From Minutocellus sp. GHC0000111 (lineage: Eukaryota), in assembly GCA_977018835.1 (NCBI GenBank), contig OZ361260.1, positions 2,232,001-2,296,000 on the forward strand: a DNA stretch of 64,000 bases, written 5' to 3'. The position numbers were made by a program, and so were the translations under genes. Of the stretch, positions 44,701 through 56,215 are shown piece after piece. Under the pieces are notes generated by a model. That model had not been told where the DNA came from. It did not search any database and saw only the letters and a list, made by a program, of their open reading frames with translations. Within the stretch, counting starts at the first letter, position 1, and every line of letters begins with the position of its first letter.

Positions 44701-47529
44701 TCATTGCTGACTCCTCTCGCCCGACTCGTCCTCGTCGTCTCCCATTCGCATGATCTCCAACCCCGGCGAGGCTTCCTCTTCTTCTTCATCTTCTTGCTCG
44801 TTGTTGGACATTATATGCTTTCGTTCCGAGGTGGCACCCTCCGACTGCCAGTCGCCGTAGGCCAGACCATCGTAAACCCACTGCTTCTTCCGCAGTATCT
44901 TCTTGTGAGTTGCTATCCGCTCTTGTTGCTCATGATGATCCCAAAAAATATCGAATTTTCGGAAGGAACATCGGCAGGAGTACCGCTATGCACAGAATGA
45001 AGGCAAGGGACGACGACACGACGAAGCGAGCTGTCGGATTATCATAGGCCACAAAGAACAAAGGAATGCCAATTATGAAGGCCTGAAGCAAGATTAGCAT
45101 GGTCAACCCAATGAACTTGCTTTCGCTGTACTGCGTACGGATAGATCTCCCTCGGAAGGCCTCCACATTTGCGTAGAGGAGGGCCACCAAATTGATGACA
45201 AGAATCAACAGTAAAAACGCCAGATCCTGTGAGGTGGCATCTTCTGGGAAGCAGGAGTGATAAGCCGATGTTGACCTTCCGAACTTGTCGGCATTGCCGG
45301 TCTCGATGTACTTGGAGGTCAAGGGAGCCACCGCCGTCCATGAGATCAGGACAGCGAGATTTGCCGTGAACAGAAAGAGGAAAGGCTTCATAACATCCTT
45401 GGCCTCCACCACGACCCGGCGACAGTCTTTGCGGAAATACATCTGATTGACCCTAGAGGTTTTACTCAGCAATGCTGAAAAAACAACAATATATCCCGTT
45501 GTGAAGAGCCACGGAATAGCTGCGAAAGATGTGTATGTTGAGGAAAAAAAGTACGGATCGTCAGGGAACGAGTCAACATTGGCTGCCGCCATCAATCATA
45601 ATCACAAGAGAGAATCGTTATTACTGAAAACGCACCTTGACAAGCAGCATTCGAATCCTCCATGCTCATCGGTATTATACTAATGGCCATGATGAAAGTC
45701 CCAACGCACAAGAGCCCCAGAAATAGGGGCTGAGAGGCTCTAATAACAACCGTCTTCCTGTTGAGCACTGTCCAAGTATAATACCCGGTAGAAAGTGCCA
45801 AAGCCACAGCACAGAGAAAGAGGCCGTATCCCCTAGCCGCTGGATTCAACGTGATGAGCTCTTGTTCATAGGGAGGAAGATCAGGCGGGGGAACCCTCGT
45901 GCCATCGGAATAGATGAATTCACTCCCCTCCTCAGGCGGCCAACTCTCTGCTTCGCTATCATAAATGTGTGTGACTTTTGTTGAAAACGAAACCATGCCG
46001 CTAGAATCCGGTTCACTGGCGACGATGTTGGAAATTGAGTAAGGAACCGATCGAAAATCTCGGCTAGCTGTTTCCCGGTCGATGAGTACCTTGCTATATG
46101 CTCCTTCAAATTCTATCCCTTTGAATGCTTCAAAGACCGCTTCGCTTGTAAATAAAGGATCGTCCGATTCCTTTTGAACACTACAAGAAGCCAAAATAAG
46201 GGACATGATTGCATCGTACGTCGAAAGTGCAAACCAACTCGGAATGGAATGGGCGTAAGACCTAGCATCTTCTACGTCATCCAAGAAGGGAGGATGCTCT
46301 TTGATTTTGGAGACGATATAATCATTCCATTCATCAGATTCCAATACACCATTCCATGCACTCATAAATGCTGCTGTATTGTCTCTCCATAACCGAGTTT
46401 TTGGGTGCGCGGTAAGGAGTACGCCGCTTCCTGTAATGCCCGATATTATACCAGCATCATCGGTGGAAGAGAACTTCCAATCATCGGCATCACTTAAACT
46501 ATCGGTGAACAACCAGAAGTAGCCTTCGCCGCCTATGCCCAGGCGGCTAGCCTCCCTCATCACAACGTCCAGCTCTGTCTTGAAGAAAATCCCCACAATG
46601 TACCGCCGTTCTGACTTCTTCAATCGCTCCACCTCGAAAGCAATCTCTTCGTCGGATGCCCCGAAGCTGAATGGGTGCATTGTGACGGCCATGGGCTCAG
46701 GTTGCAGCCCCGCGGCCTCCTTGATTGCCTGAGCATAGCTGCTTCCATACGGATCCTTAACGAACATGACCGCAAGGTGAGTGACGTTCAACTTGCTCAA
46801 GTAGTCAACAGCTGCGTATGCATCGCCTATTGCCGATGGTATGACGCGTCCAAACGTTGGATACTGACCCTTGTTGTCGAACGAGGTGGATGTGGACCCG
46901 TAGCTTATCTGCGTTAGACCATGCACGCCTGAAAGGGTTGCCACTGGAGCACTCACTGCCGATCGGCCAGCGCCCATCAGAGCTGTCGGATAGGGCCGTA
47001 AAGGGTCCGGTCGTTCCAGCTTACTTCTCGGCACCACATCTCTGATGAGGTGGCCCGCCGCCTTGCGGGGTGAAGAGACTGTATCAAAGACTTCGACAGT
47101 GAATTTCAACGGGCACCAGGATGCCACGTCGGCAACCTCTGGGACCACCGCTGACACCTTGTTGTTCCAGTGATGGACGGCCAGAAGCACCGCGCCGACC
47201 TGATCGAATTCAGAAGTAACCGAGTCAATTGTGATGGCATCCATTGCCGTGAGATGGCGCAAGTAGTACGTTCCTCCGTCATCTGTGCTAACTCGCATCA
47301 CCTCATTATTCAAGGGTTCGGTGGCAACGCCGGAGAATAATGGCGAAGAAGATGTACTATTCCCTGCTGCCTCCAACCGCAGGTCATCATAGTACGAAAG
47401 AGATGCCGTTGGTATTGATGCAGATGCGTCTTGAGCCACCGCAGCATGCGCCAAACAAATAATAGGAAGCAAGACCGCGAGGTTCCGTCGGCAGCAGCGG
47501 AGGGCGAAGGTTCGGGTCGCCGGACACAT
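44701..47529 (-). CDS. Class C (GABA-B-like) G-protein-coupled receptor: periplasmic-binding-fold ectodomain plus 7TM; intron about 45636-45520; apparent +1 indel near 44943-44948
   Basis: GAGRSAVSAPVATL, QISYGSTS, YPTFGRVIPS; 7TM motifs VIRASQPLFL, PWLFTTG....FSALLSKTSRVN and YSESKFIG. An acidic C-tail is open in the shifted frame to a stop at 44701. Confidence 0.88.
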
Positions 47530-47974
47530 GTTGCAAATGCGACAGGGCAGTTTCACCGGCGGCCGCGGAGTGGCACTGCCTAGTAGCGCCTGGTTTTCCA
47601 AAAATGAGAGACTGGTGTGGGGTACCTCACGGAGGAGAACGCGACGCCAGTCAAGAAGTTCGGCGCAACCAGGCAGGCGACGCCATTGAAGAGGCCTGAA
47701 AATGAACAAAACATGAAAAAGACCGGACAGCCGGACAGCACAGAACCGTGCCGGCGTAGCGTACCTAGGTAACGAGTTCACCAATGACCTTCCAGCCACT
47801 CTCCGTGTCCGGAGGAAAGGAGAGGTACATGTACAGTCCGTTCAGATCTAGATCTAGATCTACCATGCCGCACCATGATGCAGATCTACCGGTGCTGATA
47901 AGTTCTAGCAACGTAAAAAAAGAAAGTTGTAGGAATGTATTGTACGCCTGAGGGCTTCAAAAACATGTATCTTG

Positions 47975-50875
47975 CTACTTCATCTTCTCAAGAAAGCGCT
48001 CAGGTATTCTCTCATGATGGTCTCCGGCATCATCGCCAATTGTGTAAACGTACAAATTATCTTGGTCCGGATATATTCCGACCTCCACCACACTTCCAAA
48101 GATATCACTTTCACCGGACGATGGGCGATAGATCACCTCAGACTGCGGTGGGTACTTGGCCGCTGTTGCCTGATATGCCGGCAGCACAATGAGATCATCA
48201 GTGAGGGGGACTGTGTCGGAGTTGATTGCAACCTCACTCCCAACAGTTTCGTCCTCTGCATCTGATGTGAGATTTAGTCCGGGCTCCGAGTCTCCCGATT
48301 CAATTTCAGACGAAGCACTTGCCGACAAGTCGATCTTCCCTTTGCTCTTAAGATAGAAAAACCGCGACGACAAATTCTTTGGGTTAAAATCCCTTCCAGA
48401 GAAGTGTTCATCAAGAACTTTCCTCCAAAATCCCAGGCGTACCTTCCCAGTTCCAGTTTCTTTCAGTTCCTCTTTGACAAGTCTTTCCATAAAGCTATCG
48501 TCCAGGTCAGAAAATTTAGAAGGTCCATCAGGGGCCTCAATGCCGCCCTCAGCGTTCCTGTTATTTCGGTGTTGGTCTGAAGTGACCGCTTTATTGTTAG
48601 AGGAAAGAGACGCAGAAAAGTTCACTCCTTTATCGACCTTGAGGTAGGAACATCTGTTACAAAGCTGCGTCGTCGTTCGGTTCAACGAGTGCTCTTCCAC
48701 TACCTTTTGCCAAAATCCACTTCGTAGCTTTCCATGATCGCTCAGTTCTTTTGCTACTTCTTTGATGATAATGGCATCTTCCTCAGTTGTAAACTTTTCG
48801 CCGTGGGAACTCTTGGCCTCATGCGTACTTGTCAATTCCTTATCGGTGATCTCATTTGATGCAGCTGCGAGTATCCTCTGCTTATACTTTCTATACCGAC
48901 CGCTCAGCTGATCAGCTGTAAGATTATGGCCGGCGAAGTGATCCTCTACGACCTTCCCCCAAAAGCCATGTCGAACTCTATCACAATTTGCTTCCTCAAG
49001 CTCCTTTCTAACAAGCTCTTGCATAAATTTGAAGTCAGCATCTTTCAACATCATTTCAGAATGTCCAATAGTATTGTATTTCTCAGCCGCGAATGACTCA
49101 GAGATTGAGGCCTTCTTCTTATAAGTACTTTCGGCTGTAGACTTTTCTCCCATCTTGAGTGACTTGATCTTGCTGTAATATTTGCGCAGAGCCGTCGATG
49201 TCAAATTTCTATCAGAGAAAGATTTCTGGAGAACCCCGTCCCAGAAACCGGGGCGTACTCTTTCGTTCCCTGTCACTTTCAGCTCTTCCCGAACTAATCG
49301 TTCCATCGATTGGTATTCTTCGTCGGTGAAGCCCCCAGGCAACGGGGTTTGCTCTTCTTCTCCATTGCGGCTGGAAATCTCTTGTTTCTCTCCAGAGACA
49401 GTTGCAGTTGCAGTGGTAGTGCGTCCGCTGCTGCTTTGACGAGGCATCGGTGTGTCGATACTCGCCTCCAAAGTAGCCCCGTCGGTCTGCTTTATATAAT
49501 ACCAGCGCCTCGCAAGCTGCCGGGCGTCTCGCTTCATTGAATGCGCTTCGATGACTCCTGGCCAGAAGCCACTGGGTAGTTTATCCGAACCATGCTCTTG
49601 TGTGTGCTGCGCCATTGCCTCTCTTATGATTGTGTCTTCAGCATCTGTAAAATTGTCGCCGCTAACGCCTTTGGTCATTTTTTCCCTTCCTTTCATCTGT
49701 CTCTTCTTCTTACTCTTATAGCAATCCCGTAGCTGCTCAGCTGTAAAATCACGGCCAGCGAAGTGACCTTCCACGACCTTACCCCAAAATCCATATCGAA
49801 CCCTATCTCCATTCGACTCCTTGAGCTCTTTCTGAACAAGCTCATGACAGAGCTTGAAGTCGGCGTCTGTGAATTTGTTTCCAGAATGGTGGCCAAGATC
49901 GTTTGCATTACCAGTCGGGCCCGCCAAGCTTGCAGAGGACCCACTTTCCTTCCCAGTAGCTCTCGTGCGGTTGGACTTTTGATTCTTCTTGGCCAGCTGA
50001 TTTTTCCGCCAATCTATTACCATTTTGACTGTAAATCCTCGGCCAGCGAAATGGTCTTTGTGGATCTTCTCCCAAAAGCCCCGTTTGACAGCGGAGTGGC
50101 CACTCTTCTCAAGATCCTTCGCTATCAGCTCCTCTACGAGCCTATCGTCATCCTCTGTGAAGTTAGACCGGGATGTATCGATGCCCGCCCTTTCCAGATT
50201 CACATCAACAATCTTCACCAAGACATTCGCTGCACTGTGTGAAATTCTATAGTGGACAGCTGCACGCACGTATCCCATTCTTTTGCGCGTCGGTGGAGGT
50301 GTCGGTGGCTCACCGGCATCGTCATCGCTGCTGTCGTATGCCTCAAGCTGCCGTTGGTACTCTTCATCAGCTCCCAAGCCACATGCTTTGAGCTCAGCTC
50401 GAACTATATCCTCCCATCCATCTGGAAGCTTTGCTGCATCGACTTCGTCGGGAACGACCAAATCGGAATCTGTCAACGATGCTGACAAATTACTGGATCT
50501 ACCGCCCTTGATCATCCGAAACCGCTCCTCCTTCAAATCGAGGTCGTGATGATCGCCATCGTCGAATTTTACAAAGTACTCGTGTTCGCCACCACCCGGT
50601 ACTTTTGATGCGACGGTTCCTGGGTAGTACTTCTTGTCGCCCGTCCACCACACCTCGATGCGAGAGCCGACGCGTAGCTGCGACAGTAATTTGGCCTTTT
50701 GGTCCTCTTTTGTAGTAGTAGGAGATGCCGATGCCGCACCAGCTGACGAAGTTGAAGAAGACGATGGAGCAGAGGAACGGGGTTTCTTGCTGGCCTTGCC
50801 TGTGTCGCTACTTGTGCCATCTTCATTGCCCACCGGGCCGGATTCAATGCCCTTTCGTTTCACAGCGCTCACCAT
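47975..50875 (-). CDS. Tudor-domain protein with seven Myb/SANT-like repeats, paralog 1
   Basis: Tudor VGSRIEVWWTGDKKYYPGTV...YFVKFDDGD. Seven repeats of the form FT..ED..I...V.KEL......VR.GFW..V....F..R....L..RY. Likely start MVSAVKRK at 50875. Confidence 0.8.
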   Translation of the reverse strand: MVSAVKRKGIESGPVGNEDGTSSDTGKASKKPRSSAPSSSSTSSAGAASASPTTTKEDQKAKLLSQLRVGSRIEVWWTGDKKYYPGTVASKVPGGGEHEYFVKFDDGDHHDLDLKEERFRMIKGGRSSNLSASLTDSDLVVPDEVDAAKLPDGWEDIVRAELKACGLGADEEYQRQLEAYDSSDDDAGEPPTPPPTRKRMGYVRAAVHYRISHSAANVLVKIVDVNLERAGIDTSRSNFTEDDDRLVEELIAKDLEKSGHSAVKRGFWEKIHKDHFAGRGFTVKMVIDWRKNQLAKKNQKSNRTRATGKESGSSASLAGPTGNANDLGHHSGNKFTDADFKLCHELVQKELKESNGDRVRYGFWGKVVEGHFAGRDFTAEQLRDCYKSKKKRQMKGREKMTKGVSGDNFTDAEDTIIREAMAQHTQEHGSDKLPSGFWPGVIEAHSMKRDARQLARRWYYIKQTDGATLEASIDTPMPRQSSSGRTTTATATVSGEKQEISSRNGEEEQTPLPGGFTDEEYQSMERLVREELKVTGNERVRPGFWDGVLQKSFSDRNLTSTALRKYYSKIKSLKMGEKSTAESTYKKKASISESFAAEKYNTIGHSEMMLKDADFKFMQELVRKELEEANCDRVRHGFWGKVVEDHFAGHNLTADQLSGRYRKYKQRILAAASNEITDKELTSTHEAKSSHGEKFTTEEDAIIIKEVAKELSDHGKLRSGFWQKVVEEHSLNRTTTQLCNRCSYLKVDKGVNFSASLSSNNKAVTSDQHRNNRNAEGGIEAPDGPSKFSDLDDSFMERLVKEELKETGTGKVRLGFWRKVLDEHFSGRDFNPKNLSSRFFYLKSKGKIDLSASASSEIESGDSEPGLNLTSDAEDETVGSEVAINSDTVPLTDDLIVLPAYQATAAKYPPQSEVIYRPSSGESDIFGSVVEVGIYPDQDNLYVYTIGDDAGDHHERIPERFLEKMK

Positions 50876-51380
50876 TTTGTATCCTGCGGCGTGCAGATAA
50901 CGTGCAGAGGGGGGCAAGGAACGGCGCGAACGGCAGTAGTACGCCCATGGAGGCAAGCAAGGATCGGATTGTTGAAGATGGCAAACGGACGACGGACGGA
51001 GCAATCTCGGCCTACGTACTACTACGTAGTACGTACAACGTAGAATCTACGGTTTTGCGAGCCGGCCGGCTCTCGCTGATTGAGACTCCGTTTGTTGATC
51101 GGCGCGTCATCGACCCGCCAGCCATCTGTTCCCTCGATATTTTTGCCAGTTTCACTTTCACTTTGCGGATCTTCTGCTGCCGACAATAAATCCTCTCAAG
51201 AGCCACATCGGAAGGAACATTCCATCGGCATTTTTGCGACGGGATATCGATAGGGGCACAATCTTGCTGATGATTGATATCCACAACAGCACTTCTGTGT
51301 GAAAACAATAAAATACCTCATATCTCTTGATCATTAATTAACTTTGTTCGCTTTCGACAACACGATCTAAGAAGGAACCT

Positions 51381-52567
51381 ATGGGCGGCTCCAGAATAGT
51401 TGCAGCTATCATGCCCGATGCTGGGGGGAATCCAAGAGCGAGCGATGACAAAAACTCGTCATTTGAGTTCTCTCCGCCTTCGCCACAATCCACGGCAGCC
51501 AGTGCCATGGAGTGCGATTGCGACACGTCTTCTCCTCACCGCGATGCGGATATGTCGACCAATTCTCCAATGGCTGAAGTAGTTAGGACGATGATGAAGC
51601 AAGAGGATAATGTGTATGCCTACGAGAGATACCGACCACCCGAATGCCAAACGGTTGGCATCAAGGAGAAATGGAGGCAGGACATATGCCATTGGGTGAG
51701 TAAAATGAGAGCACTGCTGTTACGATTCGCCCCAAATCGAATGAATTATTTCGCCTGTTCTTCTATTCGCTCTCTCACTCACATACCTTTATTATACCTC
51801 CCTCTTTTATTATGCAGACTTACAGCGTTGTAGATCACTTTGATCTATCCCGCGAAACAGTTGCGATTAGCTTGTCGCTTTTTGATCGGTATATGGCAAC
51901 TCTGGGCAACGATTGTACAGGCAGCATTGCCTTACTAACATCTCTCACAACCCTCTTTGTAGCAGTCAAGATCAACGAGACCAAAAACATTCACCTCCGT
52001 ACGCTCGCCGACCTATCTCGGCAGCAATTTACTTCGAAAGATATCGAAAAGATGGAGCTGAAGCTGCTCAAGGCACTATCGTGGCAGGTCAACCCTCCCA
52101 CTAGCGTTGCTTTTGTGCACCATCTTCTGAAATTCGTAACGAATGTTCATCCTTCGGTTCGTCGAGATCTGTTTGAGTTGTCACGATATTTATGCGAGTT
52201 ATCCCTCTGTGACATCTTCTTTTGCGACCGCAAACCCTCCTCTGTGGCTTATGCAGCCATCTTGAATGTATTTGATTTCATGTCAAAGTCCCACATCACA
52301 TCATCAAGGACAAGGAAACGATTCGTCGCCGACATGAAAAGTTTGCTCCATCTTCAACATTGTGATCCCGACGTCGTCGAGTCTTGCTCTCGAATGCAAG
52401 AGATGTTTGCCTCAAGCTTGGAGTTGTATGCCCAAGATGGCTCCCTACTCTCCAGCCAAGATATAATGGAGTGCTGCACGAGCGTCTGCAGCAAAGGCAG
52501 TGTTGACAGCAAAAAAGTTGGCAGCAGCATCAGCTACACGGAGGAGTCACCTCAGCGAGTTCAATGA
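51381..52567 (+). CDS. Cyclin (diatom-specific-cyclin-like); intron 51696-51817
   Basis: Cyclin box WRQDICHW|TYSVVDHFDLSRETVAISLSLFDRYM, LTTLFVAVKI, IEKMELKLLKALSWQVNPPT. Confidence 0.92.
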
Positions 52568-52871
52568 TGAACAAGCGTTATGCTGGCACGCCAGGCGATA
52601 GTTTGGCAAAATGCTAACAGCACATTACATACTGCATTTATTAATCATACATAAATACTAGATCCATCACATGCGTACTTCTAAGAGTGTACCAATATAC
52701 TAGTAGACATGGTGGCAATATACAAGAACATTCTGATTTCGAATACACAAGAGTCCGGCGATCCCTATACTTACTCAAAGAGATCGTCACAGATAAATAG
52801 AAAATAGATAATTGCGTACCAAACGAGTCATTGCCGTAGAGTGTTACGTCCTGGAGGCCAGCAAAGGGAAA

Positions 52872-54675
52872 TCAATCCCTCTTTTCGAGGAACCTTTCAG
52901 GCACCCTTTCGCAACGATTGCCATTATTGTCATCAAAAATTGTGTAAAGGTACAAAGAATCGACATCATTGCCACTTTCATGGGTACTAGTTCGCATCTC
53001 CACCTTCATTACACGCCCGGGTCTTGCGGCGCTTGCAGAATCTGATGAAGAAGGGCAATAAATAATAGACGTACCAGGAGGGTACTTGGTTTGAAGAGCT
53101 TGGTACGGTGAAAGCGCAATTATCTTGGGAGGGTCAGGAGTAGCTGCCTTTGGGACCATCGCCTTTGCTTTTCTCAACTGTTTCTTTTTCCAAGACCAAC
53201 GGTCGTGTAATTGACGAGGCGTGCGACCTGGAAAATCCTTTTGCACGTGTTCCCAAAACCCTTTTGGTGCCTTGCCAAACCCACCATTACCGACCCCGTT
53301 CGCTACTAGTAGCGATATTAGTTTCGCATCTTCCTCACCCGTAAAGCGGCGACCATCAGCACGGCCATATTTTTCCTCGTGGATGACCTTCCTATAACGA
53401 ATAGCTATGTCTTGAGGCGTTTTATCACGAAATCGATCTCTCTGCAAATGTGACCAGAATTTGTTTCTAACTCTGCCTGTTTGTGATGTCTCAAGCTCTT
53501 TGGCAACAGCGCGAAGGATCTCATCATCATCTACTCGAGAGAATTCAACAGCTCGCCTACTTCCAATGCGACCGATTTTCTTTTCAATGATAACAAGCCT
53601 CTTCTTTACTGCCCCCAAACTTATCAGGAAATTCACTAGCCAAAAGATTTGGCCAGAATCCAGGCCTTATCTTCCCTTTACAAGCTCTTTCCTTTTTGAC
53701 AGCTTTAGCAAGTCTTTCGTCTTCTGCAGATGTCCAATTCGGAGGCTTTTGTACCTGTCCATCGGCCGAGCATTGGATTTCTTTCCACCTTTGGTAGAGA
53801 GCAGATTCCGTTCTGTCTGGAAATGTACTCAATTTTAGTTCCCTCCAGAATCCCGCCGGTAAACGTGATCTGCCATCATATTTTCCCTCACTCATCTTAT
53901 TTCGCATGAATATCAAGAGGAGATTGTCATCCACGGAGGTCCATCGGTCTAAATGCCGATTGCGCTTGGCACACCCTACCTCAAGCCCCACATTTGCCAA
54001 GTTTGCATCCACAATCTTTATCAGCATCCGCGCATTGCTTTGAGGCACGTTGTAGTGTTTTGCAGCCTCTACAATGGCGAGTCTCTTCCGTACCGGCTCA
54101 CGCCTTGGTGGATCCCCTGCCATATCATCGCTGCTATCGTATGCCGCTAGTTGACTCTCATATTTTTCATCAGCCCCAACACCACAAGCAGCAAGCTCGG
54201 CCTTGACAATGTCCCTCCAGTTTTTAGAAAGAGTTGTCACATCAATACCATCAGGAATGGCGAGACTTGAAAGTTTCGGCACAGAAGATAATTTGCCTAT
54301 CGAGGATTTTTTCCCACCCGTTGTTGCCTTGACTTTGCTTTTTCGAAATGCAGCTTCGCGATTGTGTCCAGCAGAGGTCGGCATTTTCGCTGGAATGACC
54401 TCTTCATCGCCATCGCTTTCAACCAATGCGACGGAAGATGCCGACGATGACGACGGCGATTCATACCCATCTTTCTTTTGTTCTTGCTTCTCTTCTTCTT
54501 CGTTCTCCTCAAAAGATATGACGGCAGATATCTTGGCGGCAGCTTTCGCCGAAGATGCACGCCGAGATCTTTTGCCATGTCTTTCACTGCTATCTGCAAC
54601 TTGCGGAACGCCACCATCGATATTGCTTGAGGATGGCGATGCCTCGTCTCTCTCTCGCTTGACAACGCTTGCCAT
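52872..54675 (-). CDS. Myb/SANT-repeat protein, paralog 2, with an apparent frameshift near 53612-53625
   Basis: Four repeats (WTSVDD..GFW, WTSAED..GFW, FSRVDD..KFW, FTGEED..GFW...RQLHDRW). Shares the WRDIVKAELAACGVGADE.Y..QL.AYDSSDD block and the C-terminal ERVPERFLEK with paralog 1. Confidence 0.78.
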
Positions 54676-54961
54676 TTTGCTTTCGAGATTGCTTGTGGAT
54701 TGGGATCTTTTGGCTTGGCTCTGCTCTGCTTCTCTCGTGTCAAGCAAGCCGGCCGCGGGCGCTCTGCTCACCGTGGCGGAATTCGGGGTCTTGTTCACGA
54801 AACGGACAACGGTCAGTCGCCAGCAAATGCAACGCAAAATGAAACGAAAACACATACCTAGGTACATACTAGTACATCATGTGTGCCAAAACCGGGGACC
54901 GTCGTGTCGGTATCTTGCAAAGCCAGCAATTAATTCGTGCGGTAGCACCGTACCCCCAGCT

Positions 54962-56170
54962 ATGTACAACGATAGAATAACGACGCCCATGGTGTCCTCA
55001 AGAATGGTGACGTCTTCGGCGTCGAGGAGATGCAGGTATCGACCTCGAATGTTCGGTCTGACACTGCTCACCTTGCTCGTGCTGGTCTTTGCACGTCCCC
55101 CCTCCGCCTCAGCCTTTAGTCTATCTGAATTTCTGGGAGACGAGACCGACTTGGACTCCTCCACCACCCTATCCCTTCCCGAGATCACTGAACTGCGTGT
55201 TCGAGACATTAAGCGCCGACTTTCCCGGACGCATGGGTACGGAGCCGATGAGCTGGCACGAATGCTCGACAAAAAAGAGCTAATCAACGCACTGGCGTAC
55301 GAGGAGCATCGTCAGCGCCAGAAGGACGACGAGGCTCGGCGGCGCTACCAGCTCCGTCGATCGATAGTGGTAGCTGTTGTGGCGGTAGCGCTGGTCATGT
55401 TTTGGCCTCTACTCAAAACGGCATGGGATGTAGCCTCAGTCAACTTTGTGGTGTACACCGATCGGAAACGGCACGAGGCCAGGACGTGCTACGAACATCG
55501 GTCCGGATGGGGCGCTCTGGGCGTGCTCTGTATGTTTGTGGTGGGCATGCTGTCCCTTTGGTTGTCGGCCAGTATTTTGATGTCCTGGGTGGTCGGGAGA
55601 AACAAGTACAGTTTCCCTATGCCCAACATTCCCGTTCGCCCGGCGGCGTTGTTGGCGGCATCTACTGGTGGAAATGCCGGTGCTCTTGGTCAATATGGCA
55701 TCAACATTGCACCGATGATGATAACGTGGGTCTTCCGATGGTCATCTGGAAAACTCGAGTACTGGACAGGCAAGGCATTGGTCAAGGCACAGAAGCGTCG
55801 AAGGAAGGAGGAGAAGGCAAGGAGGAAGAAGGATGGCGAGGCGCCGTGGGAGAAACAAGCTCGGCGGGAAGCCAAGTCGAAGCGTAGAGCTGAGCGAGAA
55901 GCCAAGCAACAGGAGGAAGCTCGTAGAGCAGCCGAGGCTGAAGAGGCCGAGCGAGCGAAGCGTGCTGAGGAGCTAGCCAAAACAACGGCGAGATACGCTG
56001 GGAACGCAAAGAATACAGCATCTGATGAGAGTGAGGAAGGGAGAGATGATGATATTGATGGGCCGTTATCCGCGGACGACATGCGATCGGCAGCTGCCGC
56101 GGCAGCAGAGGCCAGAGCAAGGGCAGAACGAAAACCAACAGAAAGTAAGGCTTTTGACGAGTTAGACTAA
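54962..56170 (+). CDS. Hypothetical multi-pass membrane protein with signal peptide and C-terminal coiled coil
   Basis: Hydrophobic leader ending ASAFS, several TM-like stretches and a Lys/Arg/Glu/Ala-rich tail. The ORF portion before 54962 is antisense to the Myb paralog. Confidence 0.7.
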   Translation: MYNDRITTPMVSSRMVTSSASRRCRYRPRMFGLTLLTLLVLVFARPPSASAFSLSEFLGDETDLDSSTTLSLPEITELRVRDIKRRLSRTHGYGADELARMLDKKELINALAYEEHRQRQKDDEARRRYQLRRSIVVAVVAVALVMFWPLLKTAWDVASVNFVVYTDRKRHEARTCYEHRSGWGALGVLCMFVVGMLSLWLSASILMSWVVGRNKYSFPMPNIPVRPAALLAASTGGNAGALGQYGINIAPMMITWVFRWSSGKLEYWTGKALVKAQKRRRKEEKARRKKDGEAPWEKQARREAKSKRRAEREAKQQEEARRAAEAEEAERAKRAEELAKTTARYAGNAKNTASDESEEGRDDDIDGPLSADDMRSAAAAAAEARARAERKPTESKAFDELD

Positions 56171-56215
56171 AAATGCGTATTCAAAGTAGATCAATAAAGA
56201 CTCGATCTAACGCCG

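Noticed and set aside
54203..54961. N-terminal 250 aa of the 655-aa plus-strand ORF
   Set aside because: It is mostly antisense to the Myb paralog 2 coding region; the signal-peptide-like leader begins only after 54962
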